From Myxococcota bacterium (GTDB lineage Bacteria > Myxococcota_A > UBA9160 > PR03): a stretch of DNA of 64,000 nt. Shown piece by piece: positions 47,894 to 58,437 of the stretch (position 1 is the first letter of the stretch; every line of letters starts with the position of its first letter). The translations under genes were made by a program, and so were the position numbers. The stretch covers positions 1 through 64,000 of the forward strand of contig JBFIML010000006.1 in NCBI GenBank assembly GCA_041611735.1, in the 5' to 3' direction. The notes below the pieces were generated by a model. That model was not told the origin of the DNA, did no database searches, and saw only the letters and a list, made by a program, of their open reading frames with translations.

Positions 47894-48924
47894 ACCCGAT
47901 CCTCCGCGAGCCCTCGACCCCGCCGGCCGCCTGGCGCGGTCCGGACCTGGCGGCGAGCGACGACTGGATCCATCGCCTCTCCCCCGAGGAGGTGGCCGAT
48001 CTGGACGCAGCCCTCGCCCGGGCCCGAGCCTCGCGCAAGCCCCGGGAGGGCCTCACGCCCGAGGACTTCCCGCTCCCGGTGCTCGGGCCCGCCCTGGACG
48101 GCTGGCTCCAGCAGCTCGACCGGGGTCTCGGCTTCCTGCTGGTCCGGGGTGTCCCGGTCCAGCGCTACACGCTGGAGGAGGCGGCGCTCGTCTACTGGGG
48201 CCTCGGTCTGCATCTCGGGACGCCCGTGTCCCAGAACGCGGCCGGCGACCGCCTGGGCCACGTCCGCGACACCGGCGCAGACCCACGCGATCCCGCGGTG
48301 CGGCTCTACAAGACCCGCCAACGCCTCGGCTTCCACTGCGATGGCTCGGACGTGGTGGGGCTCTTGTGCCTGCGCCCCGCGCGCTCCGGCGGCCTGAGCC
48401 GCATCGTGAGCTCGGCCTCGGTCTACAACGAGATCCTGCGCCGCCGGCCCGACCTGGTTCCGCTGCTCTACGAGCCGTTCTGGTTCGACCGCAACGACGA
48501 GCAGGCGCCCGGCGAGCCCCCTGCCTTTCCCCTGCCCTTGTGCCGCTGGCAGGACGGGCGCCTTCGCTTCTTCTACATCGGCTGGTACATCCGCGGCGCG
48601 CAGCGGCATGCGGAGGTGCCGCGTCTCACCCGGGACCAGAGCGCGCTCCTCGACCTGATCGATGCGATCGCCGAGGATCCCGCCTTCCACCTGGACATGG
48701 ACTTCGCTCCCGGCGACATCCAGTGGCTCAAGAACGCCGCGATCCTGCACGCTCGCACCGACTACGAGGACTTCGAGACGCCCGAGCACAAGCGTCATCT
48801 GCTGCGCCTGTGGTTGACGGCGCGCAGCTCGTTTTGCGACGGCGACGCCTTCCTGCAGCAGGGGATCCCGGTCCGGGAGGGCGCCGTGCCGGATGCCGCC
48901 CCTCAGGAGCCCTCGGCCCGGTAG
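47890..48924 (+). CDS. TauD/TfdA family Fe/2OG dioxygenase
   Basis: FHCDGSD, GGLS, ILHART, RHLLRLW; GTGA overlap with upstream gene. Confidence 0.9.
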   Translation: MNPILREPSTPPAAWRGPDLAASDDWIHRLSPEEVADLDAALARARASRKPREGLTPEDFPLPVLGPALDGWLQQLDRGLGFLLVRGVPVQRYTLEEAALVYWGLGLHLGTPVSQNAAGDRLGHVRDTGADPRDPAVRLYKTRQRLGFHCDGSDVVGLLCLRPARSGGLSRIVSSASVYNEILRRRPDLVPLLYEPFWFDRNDEQAPGEPPAFPLPLCRWQDGRLRFFYIGWYIRGAQRHAEVPRLTRDQSALLDLIDAIAEDPAFHLDMDFAPGDIQWLKNAAILHARTDYEDFETPEHKRHLLRLWLTARSSFCDGDAFLQQGIPVREGAVPDAAPQEPSAR

Positions 48925-50591
48925 ACGGTCCGTCCGTCCACGATCGTCTCGAGCACCCGGATTCGATCCACGCGCTCCGGATCGCCCAGGGGCGAGGCGG
49001 AGAGGATCACCAGGTCCGCCAGCTTGCCGGGCTCGAGGGATCCCTTGCGATCCTCCTCGAAGTGCTGGAACGCGGCGTCGATGGTGACGGCCCGCAGCGC
49101 CTGCAGGACGGAAATCCGCTGCGCTGCGCCGATCTCCACGCCGCTCGCCGAGCGGCGGTTCACGGCCGCCCAGACCAGCCGGAGCGGCTCCATGGGGACG
49201 ACCGGCGCGTCGCAGTGGAGGGTGAAGCGGACGCCGTGGGCCAGCGCGCTCCGCGCGGGACTCATGCGCGCGGCGCGCTCCGGACCCATGAAGATCGCCC
49301 GGTGCCGGTCTCCCCAGTAGTAGGTGTGCAGGCTGAAGAAGCTCGGGATCGCGCCCAGGCGGCCCATGCGGGCCAGCTGGTCCTCGCGCGCCATCTGGGC
49401 GTGGACGATCACCGGGCGCGCGTCCGCCCGGGGGAGCTCCGCGAAGGCGTGCTCCAGGGCGCCCAGGATGTCGTCGATGGCGGCATCGCCGTTGCCGTGC
49501 ACGGCCACCTGCAGGCCTGCCCGGTGGTAGCGGGTGACGCGCTCGATCAGCTCCGTCCGCGGAATGCGCGGATAGCCCCGATAGGTGGGATCGTCACCCG
49601 GGGGCACGTGATAGGGCTGCGACAGGTAGCCGGTGTAGCCCTGGATCGAGCCGTCGGCCACGAGCTTGACCGCGCCGATGCGCACGCGGTCCTGGTTCCC
49701 CCGGCGGAAGCTCGCCCCGGCAGCCAGCATGGCATCCGCCTCCTCCATGCCCGGCCACACCACGAGCCGCAGCGGCACCAGACCGAGGCGCGAGAGCCAG
49801 GGAAGCAGGCGGAGCTGGCGGGTGTCCGCGAGGCCGACCTGGGCCGTGGTGACGCCGGCCGCTGCATAGCGTCGTACGCCCTCGCGCACGATGGCCAGGC
49901 CGTCCAGCAGGGACGGGTCCTGGATCTCCGCCAGCAGGGGCTCCATGGCGTTCTCCTCCAGCACGCCATCGGGCTCGCCGGTGCCGGGGTCCCGGCGGAT
50001 GCGTCCGCCCGGCGGGTCCGGCGTGCGGGCGTCCACGCCGAGCCGGACGAGGCCGGCGCTGTTCACCGCCGCGAGATGCCCCGAGACGTGCACCACCCCC
50101 ACCGGATGCTCCCGGGATACCCGGTCGAGATCCAGGCGCGCCGGATGACGGCGCTCGGAGAGGAGCGTGTCGTCGTAGCCGAGGCCCAGCACCCATTCCC
50201 TGCCCGGCGTGGCGTCGGCCTTGCGGCGCATCCGCGCCACGAGCTCGTCCATGTCGGCGACGTTCCCGATGGGCGGCGCGTTCAGGTCCACCACCCGGGC
50301 GAAGATTCCCGAGCCGGGGAAGTGCCCGTGGGCGTCCACGAAGCCCGGCAGCAGGGCGCGGCCGGCGAGGTCCACCACCCGGGCTCGGGGACCCGCCCAG
50401 GCGCGCACCTCCCCCTCGCTGCCCACGGCGCCGATGCGCGAGCCCTGGATGCCGATCGCTTCGACGATCCGATTCCGCGCATCCAGGGTCAGGATGGGTC
50501 CGCCGCGGAACACGGTGCGCGCGAGCGGGCGGGGCAGGAGCCACGCGACCATCGCCAGCACGAGGACGACGAGCGCGATGCGCAGCCGCAT
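48903..50591 (-). CDS. YtcJ-like metal-dependent amidohydrolase, N-terminally anchored
   Basis: PGFVDAHGH, KLVADGS, HGNGD, HAQ, GSLEPGKLADLVIL. Confidence 0.92.
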   Translation of the reverse strand: MRLRIALVVLVLAMVAWLLPRPLARTVFRGGPILTLDARNRIVEAIGIQGSRIGAVGSEGEVRAWAGPRARVVDLAGRALLPGFVDAHGHFPGSGIFARVVDLNAPPIGNVADMDELVARMRRKADATPGREWVLGLGYDDTLLSERRHPARLDLDRVSREHPVGVVHVSGHLAAVNSAGLVRLGVDARTPDPPGGRIRRDPGTGEPDGVLEENAMEPLLAEIQDPSLLDGLAIVREGVRRYAAAGVTTAQVGLADTRQLRLLPWLSRLGLVPLRLVVWPGMEEADAMLAAGASFRRGNQDRVRIGAVKLVADGSIQGYTGYLSQPYHVPPGDDPTYRGYPRIPRTELIERVTRYHRAGLQVAVHGNGDAAIDDILGALEHAFAELPRADARPVIVHAQMAREDQLARMGRLGAIPSFFSLHTYYWGDRHRAIFMGPERAARMSPARSALAHGVRFTLHCDAPVVPMEPLRLVWAAVNRRSASGVEIGAAQRISVLQALRAVTIDAAFQHFEEDRKGSLEPGKLADLVILSASPLGDPERVDRIRVLETIVDGRTVYRAEGS

Positions 50592-50654
50592 GGATCCCGA
50601 GGCTAGCGCGGTCGTGTTAGGCTCGGACGGAGCCCAGGCGGTGGGGGCGATGGC

Positions 50655-51101
50655 ATGTCCCTGAACATGACCCGGCCGGAGCGAGAGGCCTTCCTGGCCG
50701 ACCGGCACGTGGGGATCCTGAGCGTGGCGCAGCCCGGGCGCGGCCCCCTGACCGTGCCCATCTGGTACGACTACGAGCCGGGCCGCGAGCTCTGGCTGAT
50801 CACCAGCCGCTCCTCGCGCAAGGGCAGGCGGCTCGCCGAGGCGGGCCGCTTCAGCCTGTGCGCCCAGACCGAGACCCCGCCCTACTGCTACGTGAGCGTC
50901 GAGGGACGGGTGGCGGCCATGGAGCCGGCCGATCTGGAGCGGCACGTCCGTCCCATGGCCCACCGCTACCTGGGGCCCGAGCTCGGAGACCGCTACGTGG
51001 AGGCGACGGCGGACGAGCGCGGCTCCAGCGACGTGGTGGTGGTTCGCATGCGCCCGGAGCACTGGCTCACGGTCGACTACGCCAAGCAGTTCCGGGTCTG
51101 A
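50655..51101 (+). CDS. Pyridoxamine 5'-phosphate oxidase-like (PPOX class) protein
   Basis: EREAFLA..HVGILSV, PLTVPIWY, SRK, YVSVEG. Confidence 0.88.
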   Translation: MSLNMTRPEREAFLADRHVGILSVAQPGRGPLTVPIWYDYEPGRELWLITSRSSRKGRRLAEAGRFSLCAQTETPPYCYVSVEGRVAAMEPADLERHVRPMAHRYLGPELGDRYVEATADERGSSDVVVVRMRPEHWLTVDYAKQFRV

Positions 51102-51127
51102 GCGTCGCTGCGGCGTTCAAGCCGGAC

Positions 51128-52408
51128 TCACGGCGTGCGCGCCCATCGCCACAGCTCTCGCAGGGTCGGCCGTTTGCCGTGCATCAGGATGCCGATGCGG
51201 TAGATGCGGGCGCAGGTCCAGACCATGAAGGCCACGAAGCCGAGGGCGAGGGCATACGAGAGCGCAATCTGCCACGCGGGGGGCGTCTTCACGCTGATGC
51301 GCAGCATCATCACCAGCGGACTGAACAGCGGGATCAGCGACGCGGTCACCGAGAGGGTCGAGTCGGGGTCGTTCACCACGGGAAGGAACAGCATGAACGA
51401 CGCCAGCAGCACGAAGACGGCCACGAAGGCGAGCTGCTGCGCCTCCTGGAGGTTGCTGGAGGCGGCGCCGATCGCCGCGTAGAAGCTCGCATACAGGAAG
51501 TAACCCACCACGAAGAGCGCGAAGAAGTGCAGGGCGAGGCCCGCGTCCAGCACGGGCAGCTCCACGTTGGGGAGGCGGCCCCCCAGGGCGCCCGCGCCCA
51601 GGGGCCCGATGACCAGCAGCAGCAGCCCGATCCAGATCGCCAGCTGCGTCAGCCCCACGAGGCCGATTCCGATCAGCTTGCCGGCCATCAGGTCCAGCGG
51701 GCGTACGGTGGAGAGGACCAGCTCCACCACGTGTGAGTTCTTCTCCTCGAGTACCCCGTTCATCACCTGGGCGCCGTAGATGGCGAGCACCGCGTAGAGC
51801 AGGAAGGCGAGGGCATAGGCCAGGAAGAACTGCGCCTGGCCGCCCTGGACCCGGCTTCCCTGGGCGGACACCCGCACGCTCTCCAGGCGCACCGAGCGGA
51901 CCAGCGGGTCCACCGCCGTCTCGTCGTAACCGGCCTCCTGGAGCCGTGCCCGGCGCACGGCCCCCGACAGCTCCACCTCCAGCAGCTGCTGGGTCAGCAG
52001 GTTGGACACGTTGTCGGAGCGATACTCGACGCGGTTGTGCGCGAGCCCCTCCGAATCGATGCGCAGCCAGGCGTCGATCTGCTGGCCCAGCACGCGGGCA
52101 TCCAGGGCGTCGTGCTGGGCCGCGGCGTCGGGCTCCGCGGCAGCCAGCGTGATCTCGAAGCGCGCGCCGCGCCGGCCCTCGCGCTCGCGCTCGGCCAGAC
52201 GTTCGAGGAGAAGCGGGGCCACGTGGCCCGTGGTGTCCACTACCACGAGGCGGTGGCTGGTGGTGGAGCGCGTGAGTAGCAGCACCGGCAGCGTCACGAT
52301 CAACAGCGCCAGCAGCGGAAAGCCGAACGTGCTGATCCAGAATGCACGGGTCCGCAGCCGCACCCGGTACTCGCGGCGCAGGATCACGAAGACGTGGCTA
52401 GCCGGCAT
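51128..52408 (-). CDS. ABC-2 type permease (NatB/YhaP-like)
   Basis: RREY, VLEEKNSHVVE, GKLIG, RIYRIGILMHG. Confidence 0.92.
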   Translation of the reverse strand: MPASHVFVILRREYRVRLRTRAFWISTFGFPLLALLIVTLPVLLLTRSTTSHRLVVVDTTGHVAPLLLERLAEREREGRRGARFEITLAAAEPDAAAQHDALDARVLGQQIDAWLRIDSEGLAHNRVEYRSDNVSNLLTQQLLEVELSGAVRRARLQEAGYDETAVDPLVRSVRLESVRVSAQGSRVQGGQAQFFLAYALAFLLYAVLAIYGAQVMNGVLEEKNSHVVELVLSTVRPLDLMAGKLIGIGLVGLTQLAIWIGLLLLVIGPLGAGALGGRLPNVELPVLDAGLALHFFALFVVGYFLYASFYAAIGAASSNLQEAQQLAFVAVFVLLASFMLFLPVVNDPDSTLSVTASLIPLFSPLVMMLRISVKTPPAWQIALSYALALGFVAFMVWTCARIYRIGILMHGKRPTLRELWRWARTP

Positions 52409-53300
52409 CCCGCACCGCGTCCACGAAGATCTCCTCGAGCGTCGCCTCCTGGGGGCGGAACTCGACGACCTCCAGGAAGTCGACCAGCTCCCGCAGGAGC
52501 GCCGGGCCGGGCACCTGCGGTCGCAGCACCAGCTCGACGGCGTCATCGGTCTTGCGCCAGCGTTCCACGGCGTCCACGGCGTCGAGGCGTGCGACGTCGC
52601 CCTGGGCCACGAGGCGGTAGCGCCGGCTGGCGAAGCGCCGCTTCAGGTCCTCCAGGGCACCGATCAGGATGGACTGTCCGTCCCGGATCAGTCCGATGTC
52701 GTCGCACAGCTTCTCCGCCTGCTCGAGCACGTGGGTCGAGAAGAGGATCGTCCTCCCGTCGCGTCGGTACTCCAGGAGCAGGTCCATGAAGAGGCTCTGG
52801 TTCAGGGGATCGAGCCCCGTGAAGGGTTCGTCCAGGATCAGGAGCTCCGGCTCGTGTAGCAATGCGGCCGCGAGCTGCACCTTCTGCTGCATGCCCTTCG
52901 AGAGCTCCTCGACGCGACTCCGGGCGCGTCGGGCCAGGTCGAGCCGTTCGAGCCACGGGCCGACGCGACGACGCGCCTCGCGGCGGCCCAGCCCGCGCAG
53001 CTCGCCGAGAAAGACCAGATGGTCGAACACGCTCATCCGCTTGTAGAGCCCGCGCTCCTCGGGGAGGTATCCGATGCGCGCGCCGTCTTCCGGGCGCAGG
53101 GGGTGCCCGTGCAGCAGCACCTGCCCCGCGTCGGGGGCGACGATGTTCAGGATCATGCGCAGGGTGGTGGTCTTGCCGGCCCCGTTGGGGCCGAGGAGAC
53201 CGAAGACGCTGCCGGATGCCACGGCCAGGGAAAGGCGGTCCACCGCGCGGAATCCGTCGTAGCTCTTGGTGAGGTCGCGCAGCTCGAGGCCCGGCGGCAT
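52398..53300 (-). CDS. ABC transporter ATP-binding protein (NatA/YhaQ-like)
   Basis: GPNGAGKTT, YLPEERGLY, LSKGMQQK, ILDEPFTGLDP, STH. Confidence 0.95.
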   Translation of the reverse strand: MPPGLELRDLTKSYDGFRAVDRLSLAVASGSVFGLLGPNGAGKTTTLRMILNIVAPDAGQVLLHGHPLRPEDGARIGYLPEERGLYKRMSVFDHLVFLGELRGLGRREARRRVGPWLERLDLARRARSRVEELSKGMQQKVQLAAALLHEPELLILDEPFTGLDPLNQSLFMDLLLEYRRDGRTILFSTHVLEQAEKLCDDIGLIRDGQSILIGALEDLKRRFASRRYRLVAQGDVARLDAVDAVERWRKTDDAVELVLRPQVPGPALLRELVDFLEVVEFRPQEATLEEIFVDAVRDAG

Positions 53301-53383
53301 GGGCGGAGGCTAACCCAGGGCCATTTGGGCGGCCCGGGTTTCCGGCGGCTTGGGTACCTTGCGGTCCGAGGGGAGGGGCTTCC

Positions 53384-54391
53384 ATGAAGACGCGACGGCT
53401 GGGACGTCACGGGCTCGAGGTGCCGGTCCTGTGTCTCGGAACGATGACCTTCGGGCTCCAGAGCGACGAGCAGACCTCCTTTGCCATCCTGGACCGGGCC
53501 TTCGAGGCCGGCCTGGGCTTCCTCGACACCGCCGACATGTATCCCCTCGGTGGAGAGCTCGAGACCCTGGGCCGCACCGAGGAGATCCTGGGCGCCTGGA
53601 TGCGCGAGCGGCGCAACCGGGACGCGGTGCTCCTGGCGAGCAAGTGCTGGGCCCCCACCGGACGCGGTCCCAACGCGGCGGGCCTCTCGCGCCAACACGT
53701 GCTCGAGGCGGCCGAGGCGAGCTTGCGGCGACTCGGCACCGACCGCCTCGACCTCTATCAGGCCCATGCCTACGACCCGTCCACCCCCATCGAGGAGACC
53801 CTGCGCGCCTTCGAAGACCTGCAGCGGTCCGGCAAGGTGCGCTACGTGGGATGCTCCAACTATCCGGCCTGGCGTCTGGCCGGGGCCCTGGCGGCGGCCG
53901 AGCGTCTCGGCGTCGAGGGCTACGTCTCGGTGCAGCCGCGCTACAACCTGCTGTATCGGGAGATCGAGCCCGAGCTGCTGCCGCTGTGCCGCGCCGAGGG
54001 CCTCGGCGTCCTGGTCTACAACCCGCTGGCGGGTGGACTGCTGAGCGGGAAGTACCGCGCGGGCGAGGCGCCGCGCCAGGGGACCCGCTTCACCCTGGGC
54101 ATGGCCGCCGGACGCTACCAGCGGCGCTACTGGCAGCAGGCCCATTTCGAGGCGGTGGAGACCCTGCGCAAGGCCGTGGAGCCCCGTGGCCTCGAGCTCG
54201 CGGCCGTCGCGGTGGCCTGGGTCCTGGCCCAGCCGGGGGTGAGTTCGGTCCTGCTCGGAGCCAGCCGGCCCGATCAGCTGGCTCCGTTGCTGGCCGCGCC
54301 CGGACTGGAGCTCGACGACGAGCTGCTGCGCGTCTGCGACGCTCTCTGGTGGACCCTGCCGCGGCGGTCCGTGGAGGAGGGCTATCGCTGA
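53384..54391 (+). CDS. Aldo/keto reductase
   Basis: LCLGTMTFG, FLDTADMY, SLRRLGTDRLDLYQAH, NPLAGGLL. Confidence 0.94.
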   Translation: MKTRRLGRHGLEVPVLCLGTMTFGLQSDEQTSFAILDRAFEAGLGFLDTADMYPLGGELETLGRTEEILGAWMRERRNRDAVLLASKCWAPTGRGPNAAGLSRQHVLEAAEASLRRLGTDRLDLYQAHAYDPSTPIEETLRAFEDLQRSGKVRYVGCSNYPAWRLAGALAAAERLGVEGYVSVQPRYNLLYREIEPELLPLCRAEGLGVLVYNPLAGGLLSGKYRAGEAPRQGTRFTLGMAAGRYQRRYWQQAHFEAVETLRKAVEPRGLELAAVAVAWVLAQPGVSSVLLGASRPDQLAPLLAAPGLELDDELLRVCDALWWTLPRRSVEEGYR

Positions 54392-54398
54392 GGGCCCC

Positions 54399-55448
54399 TC
54401 AAGCGGGCTTGCGGGCCACGACCACCTTGGACACGAAGTGGGGCTCGCTCGATTCGACCTGGAAGCCGCGCTGGGCGAGGGCTTCGCCGATGTCGTCGCC
54501 CACGTAGTCGCGGTGGAAGGGCTCGTGGAAGTCCTTGGAGAAGCGTCCGAGCAGTTGGGCGATCTCGCCGCTGTCCGAGCGCTGGGCCGAGTCCTCGATC
54601 ACGAGCAGACCGCCCGGTCGCAGCACGCGCCAGAACTCGGCGTGGACCTGCTGCCGGATGGGCCGCGGCAGCTCGTGGAGCAGGTGGACGCTCGTCACCA
54701 CGTCGAAGAAGCCATCCCGGAAGGGCATCTGCTCGGCGTGATCGGCCACCAGCGACACGTGCTCCACGGGCGCCAGGAGCTCCCGGGCATGATCGAGGTA
54801 ATAGGGGCTCAGGTCGAGGCCGTAGAAGCGCAGACTGGGGTGCGCGAGGGCCAGCTGGTGCAGCATGCGCCCCGTCCCGCACCCCACGTCGAGCAGCCGC
54901 AGATCGTCGCCGTGGCTGCGAAGGAAGCGCGTGACGGGCGGAATCACCATGCGGCGCATCACGTCCGCCGTGCCCAGGAACAGGAACTCGACCGCCACGT
55001 CGTAGAGGTCGGCCGACCTTCGGCTCAGGTACCCGTCCGTCTGCCAGTGGAAGTTGCGGCGGAAGTAGGCCGGGTAGCGGCCGAGATCCACGCCCGGCGG
55101 CAGATCCTGGAAGTTGCGCCGGCGCATGCGCCACCAGCTGCGAGGCATGTCCAGCAGCAGTGCCGGCGTGCTTCGCAGGTAGCCGGCCAGCGGATACTGG
55201 AAGAGCAGGCTGCGGGGATATGCGCCCTCGGCTACGTGACGCAGATCGCGTTCCAGCAGCGCCTCGTAGCGGCGCTGGATCTGCCGTTCGACTTTCCGAC
55301 TGACGCGGCGATTGCGGGGCGAAAGCAGGCGCAGTACCTGGTGGCCCGCCAGGCAACCGAGCAGCAGACCCTTCTGCTGGACCCGGTAGGCGACCTCGTG
55401 GACGGGTGCGGGGATGCGTTCGGCGAGCTGCATGGCGAGCGACGTCAT
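54399..55448 (-). CDS. Class I SAM-dependent methyltransferase
   Basis: NFHWQTDGYLS, LLDVGCGTG, GLDLSP, RVLRPGG. Confidence 0.9.
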   Translation of the reverse strand: MTSLAMQLAERIPAPVHEVAYRVQQKGLLLGCLAGHQVLRLLSPRNRRVSRKVERQIQRRYEALLERDLRHVAEGAYPRSLLFQYPLAGYLRSTPALLLDMPRSWWRMRRRNFQDLPPGVDLGRYPAYFRRNFHWQTDGYLSRRSADLYDVAVEFLFLGTADVMRRMVIPPVTRFLRSHGDDLRLLDVGCGTGRMLHQLALAHPSLRFYGLDLSPYYLDHARELLAPVEHVSLVADHAEQMPFRDGFFDVVTSVHLLHELPRPIRQQVHAEFWRVLRPGGLLVIEDSAQRSDSGEIAQLLGRFSKDFHEPFHRDYVGDDIGEALAQRGFQVESSEPHFVSKVVVARKPA

Positions 55449-55565
55449 GGGGTCGAGCATAACGAAGGCCGCTCGCCCCGGCCGGGAGGGCCCGGGGCGG
55501 GGTAGAATGCGGCTGGAGCGAAACCGCGTGAGCGAGATCTCCGATTCCGGGAACGCCGGGTAGCT

Positions 55566-56060
55566 GTGGGCGTGCGCCCCAGCGGGCTCGCCCTCGCCGT
55601 CGCCGGCACCCTGGCAGGGCTTGCCATCGTCTGGAGTCTCCGGGAACGCGAGGTGCCGCGGCGCGCGCCGTTCCCCTCCTCCGCCGGCTTCGCTTCGCCC
55701 GAACGGGCAGCCACCGACGCGGAGCTTCCGGACCCCGGGGCCCTCCTCTCGCGTCAGGATCCCGCGGCGCGCTCCGGCGCCGCGCCGCGCGACGAGCGCC
55801 AGCGCCTCGCCGAGGGGCTGCGTCGGACCCTCGGGCCGGACCTGCCGGCGGACGACCTGGAGCGGCTGGCGAGCCTCGTGCTCGAGAGCCGCGACGTGAT
55901 GCACGGCGAGGAGTCGCCGGTGGTGCGGCAGGAGATCCTGCGCCGCATCGCCCTGGAGTTCGAGCGCCTGGCCGGAGAACCCATGGGCGACGTGATCTCG
56001 CGCCTTCCCCGCCACGAGCCGGACGCGCCGCGCCCCCCGCGAGGGGCGGAGTCCGGGTGA
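55566..56060 (+). CDS. Hypothetical membrane-anchored protein
   Basis: N-terminal TM then helical domain; GTGA overlap with next gene; TAGAAT hexamer at 55503. Confidence 0.55.
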   Translation: MGVRPSGLALAVAGTLAGLAIVWSLREREVPRRAPFPSSAGFASPERAATDAELPDPGALLSRQDPAARSGAAPRDERQRLAEGLRRTLGPDLPADDLERLASLVLESRDVMHGEESPVVRQEILRRIALEFERLAGEPMGDVISRLPRHEPDAPRPPRGAESG

Positions 56061-57433
56061 GACGGGCCGGCCCCGTCCTTCTCGTGGCGCTCGGACTCCC
56101 GGCCTGTTCCGACGGGTCGGCACCCGGCGGCGCTCCGGAGCTCGGCAGCGTGGTGGGCCGGGTGGCGGGCGAGACGGTGACCCTGGCGGAGGTGGACACG
56201 AGGGCGCACGGCGTGGTGACGCGGCTGCTCGGGCGGATCGAAGCGGCACAGCAGGCCACTCGGGCTCGGCTCGCTGCGGAGCGGCTGGCGGCCCGCGAGG
56301 CGGCGGGCGAGCCGGTGCCCGAGGCGTGGCGGGACGCGGGCCGGATCGCGCTTCCCGAGGAGGAAGTGGACGCTGCGTTGCGGGAGAGCGGCCTCACGGC
56401 CGACGACCCCACGGCCCGCACCCTGGTTCGGGCTCTACTCCATCACGAACGCCTTCGAGTCGCCCGCCGCCGCGTGGCGGCGGACCTCGCGGAGCGCGGA
56501 CTCGTCGCGGTGTCGGGGGCGGAGATCGAGCAGGCGGCGCGCTTGGTGCTCTTCCAGCAGCGCGGGCGCATCGTCGCCGAGGCGCGGCGCCGCTTCGAGG
56601 TCATCGCCGACGAGATCCTGCTCCGGCGGGAGGCGGCGCGTCGCGGCAGCGATCCCGCCGCTCTCCTCGCGCTGGTCGAGGCGGGGGCCGCGCCGGTCGC
56701 TGAGGAGGAGGTTCGACGCTTTGCCGCGCAGCGCGGCGCTCCGGATGCCGTGCCCGAGGGCGTGCGTGCGCTCCTCGAGATGCGGGCGCGCCTGCGCGCG
56801 CGAGAGGATCTGCTCGCCACCCTGCGTGCGCGAACGCCCCCCGTCTTCCTGCTGGCCTCGCCGGAGCCGCCGCGGTTCCCGATGGATGTGCAGCGGGCAG
56901 CCGACGCCGCCGGGGTCGCGCTGCTGGTGGTCTTCTCCAACTGGCGCTGCCAGCGCTGCGAGGACACGGAGCGCGTCCTCGACGCTCTCGTCGCCGGGCC
57001 CCTCGGTGCGAGCGTGCGCCTGGTGCGCCGGCCCTTCTCCCTCGCACCGGATCCGGCCTTCTTCGCGGACGCCGTGGCTTGGCGCTGTGTGGTCGAGCAG
57101 GGGCGTGAGGTGGCGTTCCACGCCGGCCTGCGCGAGCTCCTCGGGGGAAGGGGCAGATCCCGCCGGCTGGACGCCCCAGTGGAGCGTGTGTCAGACTCCG
57201 ATGCGCTCGCCGGGGTGCGCCTGGGACGGACCCTGGTTCCGGACACGCGTGGCTACGACGCTTGCCTCGCATCGGCGGCTACGCACGGGCGGGTGCTCGG
57301 CGAGCGGGACGAGGGGGAGCGGATCGGCTTCGCGAGGGTGCCCGCCTTCCTGGTGAACGGCCTGCCGCTGGTGGGCTTCCAGGGTCGGGAACGTCTCGAA
57401 GCCGTGCTGCGCTCCGAAGCGGCCGCGCATTGA
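56057..57433 (+). CDS. Lipoprotein with SurA-like helical region and C-terminal thioredoxin/DsbA-like domain
   Basis: Lipobox LGLPAC, VFSNWRCQRC, VPAFLVNG. Confidence 0.7.
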   Translation: MRRAGPVLLVALGLPACSDGSAPGGAPELGSVVGRVAGETVTLAEVDTRAHGVVTRLLGRIEAAQQATRARLAAERLAAREAAGEPVPEAWRDAGRIALPEEEVDAALRESGLTADDPTARTLVRALLHHERLRVARRRVAADLAERGLVAVSGAEIEQAARLVLFQQRGRIVAEARRRFEVIADEILLRREAARRGSDPAALLALVEAGAAPVAEEEVRRFAAQRGAPDAVPEGVRALLEMRARLRAREDLLATLRARTPPVFLLASPEPPRFPMDVQRAADAAGVALLVVFSNWRCQRCEDTERVLDALVAGPLGASVRLVRRPFSLAPDPAFFADAVAWRCVVEQGREVAFHAGLRELLGGRGRSRRLDAPVERVSDSDALAGVRLGRTLVPDTRGYDACLASAATHGRVLGERDEGERIGFARVPAFLVNGLPLVGFQGRERLEAVLRSEAAAH

Positions 57434-57459
57434 GCGCTGGCCCGCGGGAGAGGGTCGGG

Positions 57460-58335
57460 ATGCGGTTTCGGCGCTTCGGGCTGCTGGCCCTGGGGATCTC
57501 GCTGGCGCTGCTGGGATCGCACTGCGGCCCCCACAAGCCGCCGCGACTCAACCCACTGCGCCTCTACGCCATGGGAGACTCCATCACCACGGGCTTCGAC
57601 TCCTGGTTCGTGGGCAACAACTCCGCCGTCTCCTGGGTGAACGGCTTCCACGGCTTCTGGGAGAGCCTGCTCGGCATCCCCGACGTCAACAGCGTCAACC
57701 AGCGCATCACGGCTCGCTTCGGCTCGAGCGGCCGCACCAACGTGAGGGCGGCCCAGAACGGTGCGCGCTGGGACGCGGCCCTCTCCCAGGCGGCGAGCGT
57801 GGTGGGCGAGACGCCCCACCTGGTGACCGTGATGCTCGGGGGCAACGACGTCTGTCGCGACTCGATCGCCGACCTGCCCACCGCCGCGGAGATCCAGGGC
57901 CACGTCCGCACGACCCTCGACTGGCTGGACGCCCAGCTCCCGGCCGGCGCCACCGTCCAAGTGATCGGGATTCCGGACGTGAAGCGCCTTCACGACGTTG
58001 CCCGCGACGAGAAGGGCTTGCTCGGCATCGATTGCGAGGCGATCTGGTCCACCGTGGACCTGGGCTTCCCCTGTGGGTCCATGCTCGATCCCGCCAACAG
58101 CGAGCAGGATCGCCTGGCGGTCCAGGCCATGAACCTCCTCTACAACGACGTGATCCAGCAGGAGGTCGTGCTCAAGAACGCGGCGAGCACGCGCGTCTAC
58201 TTCAAGTTCTCGGATGCGGAGTCGGTCCAGTTCACTGGCGACGACGTCTCCTCGATCGATTGCTTCCATCCCTCGGCCCAGGGTCAGGAGTTGATCGCCT
58301 TCTACGCCTGGACCGACGGACCCTTCGGCCCCTAG
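57460..58335 (+). CDS. SGNH/GDSL hydrolase, probable lipoprotein
   Basis: AMGDSIT, LGGND, DCFHP; LLGSHC lipobox-like. Confidence 0.9.
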   Translation: MRFRRFGLLALGISLALLGSHCGPHKPPRLNPLRLYAMGDSITTGFDSWFVGNNSAVSWVNGFHGFWESLLGIPDVNSVNQRITARFGSSGRTNVRAAQNGARWDAALSQAASVVGETPHLVTVMLGGNDVCRDSIADLPTAAEIQGHVRTTLDWLDAQLPAGATVQVIGIPDVKRLHDVARDEKGLLGIDCEAIWSTVDLGFPCGSMLDPANSEQDRLAVQAMNLLYNDVIQQEVVLKNAASTRVYFKFSDAESVQFTGDDVSSIDCFHPSAQGQELIAFYAWTDGPFGP

Positions 58336-58437
58336 CCGGGCCGGCCGCCCCCCCCGGGCCGGCGCCGACCGCGACGCCGGTGGAAGGTCTTGTTTGCTCG
58401 AGATGGGGCCGATCCGCGCCCCGGGGAGTTCGCCGTC

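Noticed and set aside
54389..54401. Perfect inverted repeat TGAGGG-C-CCCTCA joining two convergent stop codons
   Set aside because: One-nucleotide loop and no U-tract; not a credible terminator.
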